Source: Ignavibacteriota bacterium (lineage in GTDB: Bacteria > Bacteroidota > Ignavibacteria > UBA10030 > SZUA-254). Taken from it: 48,609 nt of DNA. Made by a program: the position numbers and the translations under genes. The stretch lies in contig JACQVI010000141.1 in the NCBI GenBank assembly GCA_016209795.1, positions 1-48,609 of the forward strand, read 5' to 3'. Under the pieces are notes generated by a model. That model was not told the origin of the DNA. It did not search any database and was given only the letters and a program-made list of their open reading frames with translations. Numbering within the stretch: position 1 is the first letter of the stretch; each line of letters starts with the position of its first letter. Below, one piece after another: positions 20,034-30,037 of the stretch.

Positions 20034-21293
20034 ATGAATCAGTCGTTTGAAACTCTTGTTTATGAAATCAGAGAAAGCCTTGGGATGGCACTTGCCGCCC
20101 TTCGGACGAACAAGCTTCGTTCGATTTTGACCTTGTTGGGAATTGCAGTTGGCGTCTTTTCCATTATTGCAGTGATGACGGCGATGGGTGTGCTTGTGAG
20201 CAGCATTGAGAGTGGACTAAGCCAACTTGGGGTAAACACCTTTCAGGTTCAGCGACGACCAATTTTCCATTCAAATGATCCGAGAGAACGTGCTAAAATA
20301 CGGAAGAGAAAGTTTATTAAATACGAACAAGGTTTGCGGGTGAAAGAGAATGCGACTCAGGCAAAAGCTGTTGGCTTGGAATCGTGGCAGTTCGGCAGAA
20401 TTGTTGTAACACCTTTCGGAAATAAGACCAATCCCAATGTCTCGCTGGCTGGAGAAGATATCGAAGGTTTTACCACAAATAACTGGGCAATAGGTGATGG
20501 AAGACTTTTTACGTCTGAGGAACTCTCGGCAGCCAAGTCCGTTGCCATCGTTGGCATGGGTGTTGTCGAAAAGATATTTCCCAAAATGGATCCCATTAAT
20601 CAAACGGTGCGGATCGATGGTGAGGAGTACCAGGTTATCGGAGTTATCGAACGGAAGGGAGGAATGCTTGGTGGCAACTTTGATAATTTCGTTGCTATTC
20701 CTCTGACAACGTACTTCGAAGTATACGGAAAAGATCGTGACGTTCACATTATGGTACAATCAACAGATCGAGAAACGTACGACGATTGCATTGAACAAGT
20801 CCGAGGAATTCTTCGAACAGCACGGCACGTTGCGCCGGGTGATGAGGATGATTTCTATATTTTCTCCAACGACTCACTGATTGAACGATTCAACGAGGTT
20901 ACTTACTACGTTCGTCTTGGGATTTTGCTTGTCAGTGCTATCGCTCTCCTTGCTGCCGGTGTTGGTATTATGAATATTATGCTTGTGTCAGTCACCGAAC
21001 GAACAAGGGAAATTGGTATACGTAAAGCAATCGGTGCAAGGAAGACAAACATCCTCACACAATTTATCCTCGAAGCGATTGTACTGAGTGAATTTGGCGG
21101 GATGATCGGTATCCTCCTCGGAGTCATTGCAGGTAACCTTGCTGCAGTCTTTTTAGAAATTCCTCCAGTCATCCCTTTCGACTGGGCGGCGATTGGTTTT
21201 TTCATCTGTTCTATCATAGGCATTGCCTTTGGCGTCTACCCCGCCTGGAAGGCTTCCAACCTCGATCCCATCGAATCGTTGCGATACGAATAA
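20034..21293 (+). CDS. MacB-type ABC permease 3 (close paralog of permease 2)
   Basis: Same motifs; TM segments nearly identical to permease 2. Confidence 0.93.
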   Translation: MNQSFETLVYEIRESLGMALAALRTNKLRSILTLLGIAVGVFSIIAVMTAMGVLVSSIESGLSQLGVNTFQVQRRPIFHSNDPRERAKIRKRKFIKYEQGLRVKENATQAKAVGLESWQFGRIVVTPFGNKTNPNVSLAGEDIEGFTTNNWAIGDGRLFTSEELSAAKSVAIVGMGVVEKIFPKMDPINQTVRIDGEEYQVIGVIERKGGMLGGNFDNFVAIPLTTYFEVYGKDRDVHIMVQSTDRETYDDCIEQVRGILRTARHVAPGDEDDFYIFSNDSLIERFNEVTYYVRLGILLVSAIALLAAGVGIMNIMLVSVTERTREIGIRKAIGARKTNILTQFILEAIVLSEFGGMIGILLGVIAGNLAAVFLEIPPVIPFDWAAIGFFICSIIGIAFGVYPAWKASNLDPIESLRYE

Positions 21294-21376
21294 GTGCATT
21301 TCTGCACAAAATTCATTGCTTTAGCTCATTGTTTCTCATTTCCCCGTAAAGAATACGTAAATGAGGAATCTTAGAC

Positions 21377-21404
21377 TTGATTAATTCGGGAAATGTGTTA
21401 TCTT
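21377..21404 (+). promoter_or_regulatory. Putative promoter
   Basis: TTGATT-16 bp-TATCTT with an extended TG, upstream of the AAAGGAG RBS. Confidence 0.4.
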
Positions 21405-21455
21405 TACAATACACATCAATTCCGCGTTTTTTCAATCAAGAAAGGAGTGTTTTGT

Positions 21456-22841
21456 ATGAAACATTCTATCAACCTGTTAGTAGTTGTTTTGTTTTTACTT
21501 TTCTCCAATGCTTTTGGACAACCGAAATACCGAACCTTTAATCAATCTGACTTAGCACAGAAGAAGGGGAAACCTGGAAAAGCTCTCTCTAGTAGCGTGT
21601 GCTTTACGTTCCGCAATGACAGTACCGGCATTACAGTGAACAGCCTCCATGCTCGACTAAACTCTGCAGTCATCTCTATTGTCGACTCAGGAGGTTTTAC
21701 AACATTTACGTTTAATCCGAAGAAAAGAGAATTCGATGCCACTGGAAGGACTGTTGCTGCTGGAGATTCTGTTACACTCTGTTTTCATGTTGAGAAGAAA
21801 GCACCCGGTACGCATGCGAATTTCTGGTGGTGGGATACCAATGGTGTACTGGTAGGGACGAAGAGAACGGAACTTGCTGCTAACTCCGATTCACAAATTG
21901 TAGCGCAACCTAATGGTGGGAACGTGAGGGAATATCTCTACAAACGAGTCATCAGGCGTCCTGCTGGAGTAATCGTAGGATTACCGACAGACACCCCTGA
22001 CGTTGGATGGATACGCTACAAAACTGCCGATAGAAAGTACTTCCCACACACGGGATCGGCACGATGCTTCGATAGGATCGCTACCGGGCGTGGTGGAGAT
22101 CGCGATTTTGATGGTGAGCTTAAGAATCCACACGTGAAGAAACACAACAATCATCTTCTGGGTGAGCTGCACTCACTCAAACTTGCAATCATTGCCAATG
22201 ATTCAGGTGTGACAGAACCACTGGACACAACTGCTTTGGGTAATCTTATCTATAATGACACTGGGAATTCAAGCGATCCATGTAACAATTTGACCCTCCG
22301 CCAGCTTGTTCATTTGATCGATTCTGCGTTAACGTACTGCACACATTTTGATTCAGTCACGTATGTCCAGTTTGATTCATGCGTCACGAGGATCAATCGT
22401 GCTTTTGACGGTCCCTACATGGCAGTAACACTCTCTCCATTGCTGATCGCAGGAACGCATAGTCTCGGTGAAGTATCGTTCATTCACCCCAATCCGTCTG
22501 CAACGCCTAAACCTTCACTTCGATACTATGGTGAGTTGGAGGATTTATATCCAGCATCTGCGTCACTTGGACAGAACTATCCAAATCCTTTCAACCCAAC
22601 AACGACTATCTCATTCTATTTACCAGAAGCAAGTATCGTATCATTGAAGATTTACAACATCCTTGGACAGGAGGTTGCAACCCTATTCGATAAGGTAGAA
22701 ATGGAAGAGGGAGAGGAGACCGTAGAATTCGATGCAGCCCTATTAACCTCGGGTGTGTACTTCTATAAAATAACTGCAGAAGGCTTTGGTGAGACTAGAC
22801 AGCAATTCCAATCGATTAAGCGGATGCTGTTGCTGAAGTAA
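21456..22841 (+). CDS. Secreted protein with T9SS type A C-terminal sorting domain; N-terminal region not recognised
   Basis: ATG 21456 after AAAGGAG, signal peptide, LGQNYPNPFNPTTTISF...SGVYFY...KRMLLLK. Confidence 0.88.
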   Translation: MKHSINLLVVVLFLLFSNAFGQPKYRTFNQSDLAQKKGKPGKALSSSVCFTFRNDSTGITVNSLHARLNSAVISIVDSGGFTTFTFNPKKREFDATGRTVAAGDSVTLCFHVEKKAPGTHANFWWWDTNGVLVGTKRTELAANSDSQIVAQPNGGNVREYLYKRVIRRPAGVIVGLPTDTPDVGWIRYKTADRKYFPHTGSARCFDRIATGRGGDRDFDGELKNPHVKKHNNHLLGELHSLKLAIIANDSGVTEPLDTTALGNLIYNDTGNSSDPCNNLTLRQLVHLIDSALTYCTHFDSVTYVQFDSCVTRINRAFDGPYMAVTLSPLLIAGTHSLGEVSFIHPNPSATPKPSLRYYGELEDLYPASASLGQNYPNPFNPTTTISFYLPEASIVSLKIYNILGQEVATLFDKVEMEEGEETVEFDAALLTSGVYFYKITAEGFGETRQQFQSIKRMLLLK

Positions 22842-22865
22842 ATAGCGCAATTATCTAATCAATTT

Positions 22866-22904
22866 GAGACTCTGAGCCGAAAGGACTCGGAGTTTCTTAT
22901 TTTT
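22866..22904 (+). terminator. Rho-independent terminator
   Basis: GAGACTCTGAGCC-GAAA-GGACTCGGAGTTTC stem-loop followed by a T-tract. Confidence 0.7.
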
Positions 22905-23014
22905 GGACGGTAGGTTCCATCCGAGGCATTTGACTTTCATATGGATTGTTCTTAAGATTGTTTGAAGCGACAATCAAGTTCAGTGAATTACGCCAACTTT
23001 TAGGTGAGACGACC

Positions 23015-25273
23015 ATGAATGCATCTCGACTATTTGCTCTTGCGGTAATGTTGGTAATGCTTTTTTGCCAATTCACAATAGCTCAAAAGGATTCTTTAAA
23101 GCAACGTACTTCAGCATCACCCTATGCTATACCACCCGGCAAGTCTCACGAGCAGTATTTTGAGGAACTCTACAAACAGCAGCCACAGCAATTCATCAAG
23201 CCACCACAACTGAGATCACCATCTCTTTTTCCCAATGTGAGTGTTTCTAATGATACGTTCCCACAGAATGAGCCATCGATCAGAATCAGTCACAAAAATT
23301 CCAACCGCATGGTCGCTGCATGGCGGGACTTCCGGACTGGGGTAGAGCCAGCAGTCCGGCGCGTTGGATACAGCTTTTCCAACGATGGAGGATTGACGTG
23401 GTCGCCCAGCGAGTTGCTCCCCCTCTTTTACCAGGACATTGGCTACACACGGAACTCTGATCCTGCCGTCTGCGTCGACACGGCGGGGAATTTCTACATC
23501 GCCACGGTCGCGCTCGATGATAATAATGGAAACTTGAAACTCCTCGTATACAAATCCAGCGAAGCATTTGGCGACTTTTTCTACCAAGCATATTTTGCGC
23601 CGACGGACACAGAAAATTTGTTCTATGATAAGGAGTACATCGAGTGCGACCTCAGCCCGACAAGCCCCTTTGTCAATAATCTGTACATCGTCTGGTCGGG
23701 GACACGGTTCACGAGATCTACAGACGGTGGAATTACATGGTCCCACGCGTTGGAGATCAGCGACCCTGGCAATGGTGGCTTTGCGCCAGACCTTGCTATT
23801 GGACCGGACGGCTCTGTTAATGTTGTTTCTTATGGTGATGCGCTAATACTGTTCGACAAGTCTACAGATGGTGGTCTTAGCTTTGGGACAGACGTGATCG
23901 TTGACTCTGTCATCAACCTCTTCACTTGCAGTTTCGGCGGATTCGTTGGAGGTGGTCTTCCCTCAATTGCGGCCGATCTCACAATGGGTCCCACGAAGGG
24001 ACACCTATATATCGTTTGGCCAGATACGCGCAATGGAGATTTTGATGTTTTCCTGAAGGTCTCCTCCGACAGCGGCAGTACATGGTCAGAGGCTCGGCGC
24101 GTGAACGATGATCCAGTAGGGAATGGTAGAGATCAATTCTGGCCCTGGGTCGCGGTGGATGACCGTGGAGTGGTTACGATCGTCTACTACGACAATCGAA
24201 ATACTTCCGACTGCTCAATCTCAGAAACATACCTTGCTCATTCATGGGATGGCGGACGCAGCTTCACCAATAGGCTGATCAGCACGGCACAGTCTCCTCA
24301 TAACATTCCCAACGGTGCTGTCCGCTTTGGCGATTACATCGGGATCGACTCGTGGGGTGGACATACGGTCCCTGTGTGGACAGATGAACGTGCGGGGGGA
24401 TTCGACATGGATATCTACACTGCTGTGCTCGATACGCTGCCTTTGATCAATTTTTCAGGCGTGACTTTAATAACTCGCAGCCGATGGAATCTTTTGTCCT
24501 TGCCTGTCTTGCATTCAAATCCTCTCACACAATCCATTTTCCAGGGTGCTTCAACAAGTGCATTGGCTTACGATGGCAGTTACCACCCTGAAGATACGCT
24601 TCAGAATGGGGTGGGCTATTGGATAAAGTTTCCAACAAGCCAAACCATCCGGATCATTGGTGATACGATCACAACTGACACCCTCCCTGTCATCGAAGGC
24701 TGGAATCTCATCGGCTCTATTACCAAGCCAGTTGCTGTGACCTCAATTGTCAGCGATCCCCCGGGCATTACCACAACTAGGTTCTTCGACTACGCGGGCA
24801 CATACTTCATAACTGATACCATCGAGCCTGGCAAAGGTTATTGGGTCAAGGCAGGTCAGGCTGGATCAATTATTCTCAGTTCGAGTACTTCTGCAGCTTC
24901 GATTGCAAATCGTATCAGAATTATGCCCACAAGCGAACAGCCGCCTTTGCCTCCACAGGATATTTCTTCAGGTCACCCTTTGCCTAATTATTATTCACTT
25001 GAAAATAACTACCCAAACCCCTTCAACCCTAAGACTACAATTGATTTTAGTTTGGCTGAACCGAGCATTGTCACTCTGAAAGTGTACAATGTACTCGGAC
25101 AACAAGTAGCTACTCTGCTTAATCGGGAAGAGTTTGAAGAAGGTCAAACGTCCATTGAATTCAATGCAACACAGTTAACTTCTGGTATCTATTTTTACAA
25201 ATTCACTGCCCTCAGCATCAGCGAGCGTAAGGAGCAATTCCAATCAGTTAGGCGGATGCTGTTACTGAAATAA
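23015..25273 (+). CDS. Secreted BNR/Asp-box (sialidase-like beta-propeller) protein with T9SS C-terminal domain
   Basis: ATG 23015 after AGGTGA, signal peptide, Asp-boxes (SNDGGLTW, STDGGITW, STDGGLSF, SSDSGSTW, SWDGGRSF), FGDYIG, two WNL..GYW repeats, NYPNPFNP CTD. Confidence 0.88.
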   Translation: MNASRLFALAVMLVMLFCQFTIAQKDSLKQRTSASPYAIPPGKSHEQYFEELYKQQPQQFIKPPQLRSPSLFPNVSVSNDTFPQNEPSIRISHKNSNRMVAAWRDFRTGVEPAVRRVGYSFSNDGGLTWSPSELLPLFYQDIGYTRNSDPAVCVDTAGNFYIATVALDDNNGNLKLLVYKSSEAFGDFFYQAYFAPTDTENLFYDKEYIECDLSPTSPFVNNLYIVWSGTRFTRSTDGGITWSHALEISDPGNGGFAPDLAIGPDGSVNVVSYGDALILFDKSTDGGLSFGTDVIVDSVINLFTCSFGGFVGGGLPSIAADLTMGPTKGHLYIVWPDTRNGDFDVFLKVSSDSGSTWSEARRVNDDPVGNGRDQFWPWVAVDDRGVVTIVYYDNRNTSDCSISETYLAHSWDGGRSFTNRLISTAQSPHNIPNGAVRFGDYIGIDSWGGHTVPVWTDERAGGFDMDIYTAVLDTLPLINFSGVTLITRSRWNLLSLPVLHSNPLTQSIFQGASTSALAYDGSYHPEDTLQNGVGYWIKFPTSQTIRIIGDTITTDTLPVIEGWNLIGSITKPVAVTSIVSDPPGITTTRFFDYAGTYFITDTIEPGKGYWVKAGQAGSIILSSSTSAASIANRIRIMPTSEQPPLPPQDISSGHPLPNYYSLENNYPNPFNPKTTIDFSLAEPSIVTLKVYNVLGQQVATLLNREEFEEGQTSIEFNATQLTSGIYFYKFTALSISERKEQFQSVRRMLLLK

Positions 25274-25290
25274 GCGGTTGTTCTGAGGAT

Positions 25291-25333
25291 AAAAAATGAA
25301 AGCCCCGAAAACAAACTCGGGGGTTTTTGTTTT
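25291..25333. terminator. Bidirectional rho-independent terminator
   Basis: A-tract, AAAGCCCCGA / TCGGGGGTTT stem, T-tract; lies between convergent genes. Confidence 0.7.
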
Positions 25334-25349
25334 CCACACTATAACAAGA

Positions 25350-27062
25350 TCATGCCTTCATTCGCATCCCTTCTTCCTCGTAACTGAAAATCCATCCTGC
25401 AAGTTTTCCGGGATTGATGTCGTTGAAATGATCCCAGTACTCCCGGGTGTGCATGTAACGAGAGCCTGTTTCAGATGGAGGGATGTGTTCAACCATCGCT
25501 ATGATTTTCTTGAAGCGCTCCTGCCAGTGTTTCATGTTAGCAATACGCAGATCAACCCATCCATCATGAGCCCACAGATCGATTTTTTTCGGTGTGACTG
25601 AGAGTTCATTCTCACCGCGATAGGCAGGAATCTTAATTTCATCCGCTCGTAAAAGCGTTTTACCATTTGGCATAAGGATTGGAATTCCAATGGAAATGAT
25701 GTGTGAACGAAGTCGCTTATCTGCAACAATCTTTTGGCGGAGTTTTTTCGAGAGGATGAATGGTCGTGTTTTCAACACAGCACGCATGTTCGTAAAGCAG
25801 AGTTTCAGGAGATACGCTTCATACAAAAGTTTAGAGAGTCTTGGCGGTCCAAGGACCTCAAAGGCGACACTATCGACATGGTGCTTCCTTTCAAGTTCTT
25901 TGATGCGTTCTAAGGCACCCTGAAAAAGGTATCCTGCCCGATACGTCGGTGCCAGTGTTGCATTATCAAGCGCATTGATGATGTCGTGTCCCGTATTGCC
26001 GCCTTTAATTTCGTAAATTGCTGCTTCTGCAATTTCCTCAGGTGTCACAAATTCCATCTGCCCTGGTGTTGCAATGGCTTCAAACTCACCGCGCGAAAAC
26101 AATCCATTCTCACCTGTATCAATAAACACCGATTTCACTGTATCGTGCATCGGCTTCGCTGTGTTGCTCATTCGTATCTGGAATGATCGGTTCAGTTTCA
26201 CTCCCTTCGTTGGAGGGCAATCGTATAACTCAATAGGCTTGCCACGTCTCTTAATTTCACCGAACGCTACCTTTTTCCATGCAATTGCAGCGGTAGGTTT
26301 GATTTCTTTTGTGATTGGTGCGCCGGGTGTGCGCCCCATGAGAAACAGCAATAACGTATGTGCACCTGCAACTGCGGATTTGCTGAGGAGAACACTCGAA
26401 GGACGCTCTTCACTGTGCGTGTATGGAATGTTCAGTCCCATGCCCCCTGTACCACTTGTCCCGATCTTCACATAAATCTTTGTACCGGATTCTTGCATCG
26501 ATCGATAGAGAAGTTGAACATGACGAATAAGCTGCGGAACGTAGAGGGTGCACAGAAGCTGCTCCGTTGCAGTCGTCAATGGAGCTATTGACCCTGTAAG
26601 CTTTTGAGAACGTGAAATCTGTTTCAGCACGCCTCGTGCGCTTTGATAGATGTCCTGATACGCAATTGCAGTGGCGGAGTTGATGCAGTCGATAATGGTA
26701 TCGGGTTTGAACTTGTTGACAAGATGGAAGATTGCTGAGCGATGAAGAACGTCCTCTGTCAACTCATCAAGCATGTCCTCGATGAGCATTGCACGAGCCT
26801 TGGAATCATTCAGAAGCTCTTCTCGTTTTGCATCCTTGAGTTCAAAGCGGACAAAAATATTGCCCCACCATGGAATGAAATATTTTTTTCCAAGACGTTG
26901 AAATTCTTTTTGGAGAAATGCGACAGCTTCTTCTGCTTCTGAACGCAAAAGGGAGGTAACAATGATTTTCTTAGGACGTTCATCGACGAGCTTGCGGCAA
27001 ATGGCTGAGCCAACCAACCCCCAACCGCCCAGGACTACTACCGTACGTCCTTCAATGTCCAT
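25350..27062 (-). CDS. Large atypical NAD(P)-binding Rossmann-fold protein (SDR-like), function unknown
   Basis: VVVLGGWGLVGSAI nucleotide-binding loop at the N-terminus; GTSGTGGMG segment; 570 aa. Confidence 0.6.
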   Translation of the reverse strand: MDIEGRTVVVLGGWGLVGSAICRKLVDERPKKIIVTSLLRSEAEEAVAFLQKEFQRLGKKYFIPWWGNIFVRFELKDAKREELLNDSKARAMLIEDMLDELTEDVLHRSAIFHLVNKFKPDTIIDCINSATAIAYQDIYQSARGVLKQISRSQKLTGSIAPLTTATEQLLCTLYVPQLIRHVQLLYRSMQESGTKIYVKIGTSGTGGMGLNIPYTHSEERPSSVLLSKSAVAGAHTLLLFLMGRTPGAPITKEIKPTAAIAWKKVAFGEIKRRGKPIELYDCPPTKGVKLNRSFQIRMSNTAKPMHDTVKSVFIDTGENGLFSRGEFEAIATPGQMEFVTPEEIAEAAIYEIKGGNTGHDIINALDNATLAPTYRAGYLFQGALERIKELERKHHVDSVAFEVLGPPRLSKLLYEAYLLKLCFTNMRAVLKTRPFILSKKLRQKIVADKRLRSHIISIGIPILMPNGKTLLRADEIKIPAYRGENELSVTPKKIDLWAHDGWVDLRIANMKHWQERFKKIIAMVEHIPPSETGSRYMHTREYWDHFNDINPGKLAGWIFSYEEEGMRMKA

Positions 27063-27071
27063 TGAACAACC

Positions 27072-27407
27072 TCATCGTTGTCTTTCGACGATTACTGCTG
27101 TGCCATACGCGAGAACTTCGGTAGCGCCTGAGACAACTTCATTGGCATCATAGCGCATTCCGATGATCGCGTTGGCACCTAACTGCTCGGCATGCTGTAT
27201 CATTATATCGTAAGCTTCTTGACGTGCTTTCTCACATAATTGTTGATAAAGGGAGATATTTCCGCCAAACAATATTTGGATTGCCGCCCCAATATTGCCA
27301 ATGATCGATCGGGATCTGACGGTAATGCCGCGTACCAACCCTAATTGCTTTACTATTCTGTACCCATCCAGTGAAAACGCTGTTGTTACTAGCGCATGAT
27401 CGATCAT
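27072..27407 (-). CDS. YbjQ/UPF0145 family protein
   Basis: [36 protein letters not shown]. Confidence 0.92.
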   Translation of the reverse strand: MIDHALVTTAFSLDGYRIVKQLGLVRGITVRSRSIIGNIGAAIQILFGGNISLYQQLCEKARQEAYDIMIQHAEQLGANAIIGMRYDANEVVSGATEVLAYGTAVIVERQR

Positions 27408-27413
27408 ATAATC

Positions 27414-28421
27414 TCATTTCAGTTTAATGGAAGTAACACATCTCTCAAACACGGGGAAATACGCATCTTTCTGTGGTGCATACCAATTGAGGATGATACG
27501 AACAACCTTGTCATTTTTCACGACAAAGTACGCGCGGCTGTTGATGTCTTTCACCCGTGGTGGAACATAATCGACCCAATGTGCTTTATTCGCGTCGATG
27601 GTTGCCGTCCCGGTGTTTTTCGCTTTATAGTTGCCTTTATTCTGTTCCCACACTTTATCGACTGTCAATCCCTTTGCACCAAAGACATCGATGTGGATGC
27701 TGCAATCCAAACGGTCTGCTCTCATTTCCATTGCCAAGTCTTTGTCTCCTTTTTTCACTGTGACAAATTCGAGATTGTCTGGATACTGCATTGTAAAGTA
27801 ATTTGATTTATATGTCTCAAGCGACGGTGAGGGCTGCCAAACATCGGGACGTTTTACAACAATCACCGGTAACTCAAAAGAGTTCAGCATAGCATCAAAT
27901 ACCGCTGCATGTGCCTGGAAGTGATCACCGAATCCAACAAAGTCTAAACGATACAATGCAGTGTCACCTGGAACATACACCTCATAACCCATAATCTTTG
28001 TCTTCAAGGTGACCGGGATGGCATACGGAACCTTCGTTGCTTGTTTCCCGCCAACTGTGACCGGAACGTCTGTTTGCACTTCGATATTCTGCCACGTTTG
28101 CTTGAGCTTCTCTTTGCCTGCTTGCACCAGTTCTTCGGGTGATTTCCCCCCATACTGAACGATTTCAGCCATCACTTGTGCCCCGGCTTCACCGCTTTGT
28201 GGATCGATGAATTTATTCACAACCTCTTGGGACCGAGCAAAGACAGCTTTCCCCGCTGTACCTAATTGTAACCATTCTTTCGGATATTTGATTTTGAATC
28301 CATAAGCGGGATCACGGTACTCATTCATTTCTCCAACGGGCACTGGCTCAAGTTTTTTCTCACAGCCGATGATGAAGAATACGAGCATAAAGATAAAAAC
28401 GAGTGAAGATTTCATAATCAT
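27414..28421 (-). CDS. Lipoprotein with two PsbP/DcrB-like domains
   Basis: Lipobox IIGC; YRDPAYGFKIKYPKEW...FDAMLNSF and YKSNYFTMQYPDNL...FERCVTSIKL. Confidence 0.65.
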   Translation of the reverse strand: MIMKSSLVFIFMLVFFIIGCEKKLEPVPVGEMNEYRDPAYGFKIKYPKEWLQLGTAGKAVFARSQEVVNKFIDPQSGEAGAQVMAEIVQYGGKSPEELVQAGKEKLKQTWQNIEVQTDVPVTVGGKQATKVPYAIPVTLKTKIMGYEVYVPGDTALYRLDFVGFGDHFQAHAAVFDAMLNSFELPVIVVKRPDVWQPSPSLETYKSNYFTMQYPDNLEFVTVKKGDKDLAMEMRADRLDCSIHIDVFGAKGLTVDKVWEQNKGNYKAKNTGTATIDANKAHWVDYVPPRVKDINSRAYFVVKNDKVVRIILNWYAPQKDAYFPVFERCVTSIKLK

Positions 28422-28463
28422 GTTACTCCATGTATATAGTGTTAGGTGAATGTGATCTAATGT

Positions 28464-28498
28464 TTCTTCCTCTGCAAGGGGGAGAATGGAAGAGGGTG
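28464..28498 (-). repeat. Possible degenerate solo copy of the palindromic family flanking the DUF559 gene
   Basis: TTCTTCCTCT-GCA-AGGGGGAGAA 10-bp stem (with G-T pairs) and a 3-nt loop; minus strand begins CACCCTC. Confidence 0.4.
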
Positions 28499-28527
28499 GT
28501 CATGATTGTTACTGCAACACAACCGTC

Positions 28528-30030
28528 CTAATTTTTCGGAACAACTGTATCATACCAAAACTTTTTTTCACGAACACCAACTTCATCAATATGCAGATGC
28601 TTCGTCTCGGTATACTCTCGCAGTCCTTCGACGCCGAATTCACGTCCCACACCGCTCTGTTTGTAACCACCAAACGGCGCTTTCTCAGAGATCAAATGCC
28701 ATTCGTTAATCCATACTGTGCCGGCACGAAGCTGCTTCGCCACAGCCATTGCTTTCTCTTTATCTCGTGACCAGACGCCGCCGCCAAGGCCATACATGCT
28801 ATCGTTTGCCATTCCAATAGCTTCCTCGATGGTCTTGTATTTGATGACAGAGAGAACTGGACCAAAAATTTCTTCCCGCGCAATCTTCATCTTGTTACCG
28901 ACATTGGTAAAAATTGTCGGCTCCACAAAAAATCCTTTTTTGAGTTTGGGAGTTTGTGGGACTGATCCACCAATTGCCACCTTTGCTCCCTGTTCAATTC
29001 CACTTTTGATATAGACAAGAACTCGCTCTCGTTGTTTTTCTGAGATGAGTGGACCCATGTCGGTAGTCATATCGTTTGGATCACCAAGCGTTATCTTCTC
29101 CGTCTTTTCAATCATCCGGTTGAGAAACTCATCGTGGATTTTTTCTGGTAACAACAATCGTGTGCCGGCTTCACAGCATTGACCCTGATGGTAGAAGATA
29201 GCATACAACGCACCGTCGACAGCAAGATTGAGATCGGCATCGTCGAGAACGATGTTAGCAGATTTGCCGCCGCACTCAAGCGTGCACTTCTTCAATGTGA
29301 TAGCCGCAAGGCTCATCACGCGTCTTCCTACTGCCGTTGAGCCGGTGAACGAAACTTTATCGACCATCGGATTTCTGACCAGCTCCTCACCCGCATCTTC
29401 ACCGTAGCCGGGAATAATATTGACAACCCCTGGCGGAAATCCAACTTCGTGAATAATCTTCGCAAGCTCCATTGCTGTTACAGGTGTGAGTTCGGATGGC
29501 TTCAGAACAACGGTATTTCCCGCTGCCAGTGCTGGTCCTAATTTCCAAACAGCCATCTTGAGCGGGAAATTCCACGGGATGATTGCAGCCACGACGCCAA
29601 TTGGTTCACGAACAAGGAAGTTTTGACTGAAGCCCGGTTTTGAAAGTCCATCGACCGGCTCGACTGTGTCCATCGCAGCAAGCTTCGAGAAATAATTCAT
29701 CGCCCGTGCACTGAGGTGGACGTCTTCTTTCGCTTTGCGGATGGTCGAGCCGGAGTCTTCGACTTCCAACTGTTCAAGCTCGGCTTTTCTCTCGTTGATT
29801 TTATCTGAAACGGCTTTGATGAGTGCACTCCGTTCTTCTTTCGACATCTTCGTCCACGGACCTTCATCGAAAGCTTTCCTCGCGGCACGAACTGCACGCT
29901 GGGTATCTTCTATCCCCGCAAGCGCTACGCGTGCAACGACTTCTTGATTAAAGGGATTGATCGAATCGAAGGTTTTCTTCCCTCCCGATTCTACAAACTC
30001 ACCATTGATATAGAGAAGATATTCGTGCAT
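28528..30030 (-). CDS. NAD-dependent aldehyde dehydrogenase
   Basis: IIPWNFP, LKPSE, FTGSTAVG, LECGGKS, GQCCEAG, EEIFGPV, PFGGYKQSG; likely start MHEYLL at 30030. Confidence 0.95.
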   Translation of the reverse strand: MHEYLLYINGEFVESGGKKTFDSINPFNQEVVARVALAGIEDTQRAVRAARKAFDEGPWTKMSKEERSALIKAVSDKINERKAELEQLEVEDSGSTIRKAKEDVHLSARAMNYFSKLAAMDTVEPVDGLSKPGFSQNFLVREPIGVVAAIIPWNFPLKMAVWKLGPALAAGNTVVLKPSELTPVTAMELAKIIHEVGFPPGVVNIIPGYGEDAGEELVRNPMVDKVSFTGSTAVGRRVMSLAAITLKKCTLECGGKSANIVLDDADLNLAVDGALYAIFYHQGQCCEAGTRLLLPEKIHDEFLNRMIEKTEKITLGDPNDMTTDMGPLISEKQRERVLVYIKSGIEQGAKVAIGGSVPQTPKLKKGFFVEPTIFTNVGNKMKIAREEIFGPVLSVIKYKTIEEAIGMANDSMYGLGGGVWSRDKEKAMAVAKQLRAGTVWINEWHLISEKAPFGGYKQSGVGREFGVEGLREYTETKHLHIDEVGVREKKFWYDTVVPKN

Positions 30031-30037
30031 ATTATTA

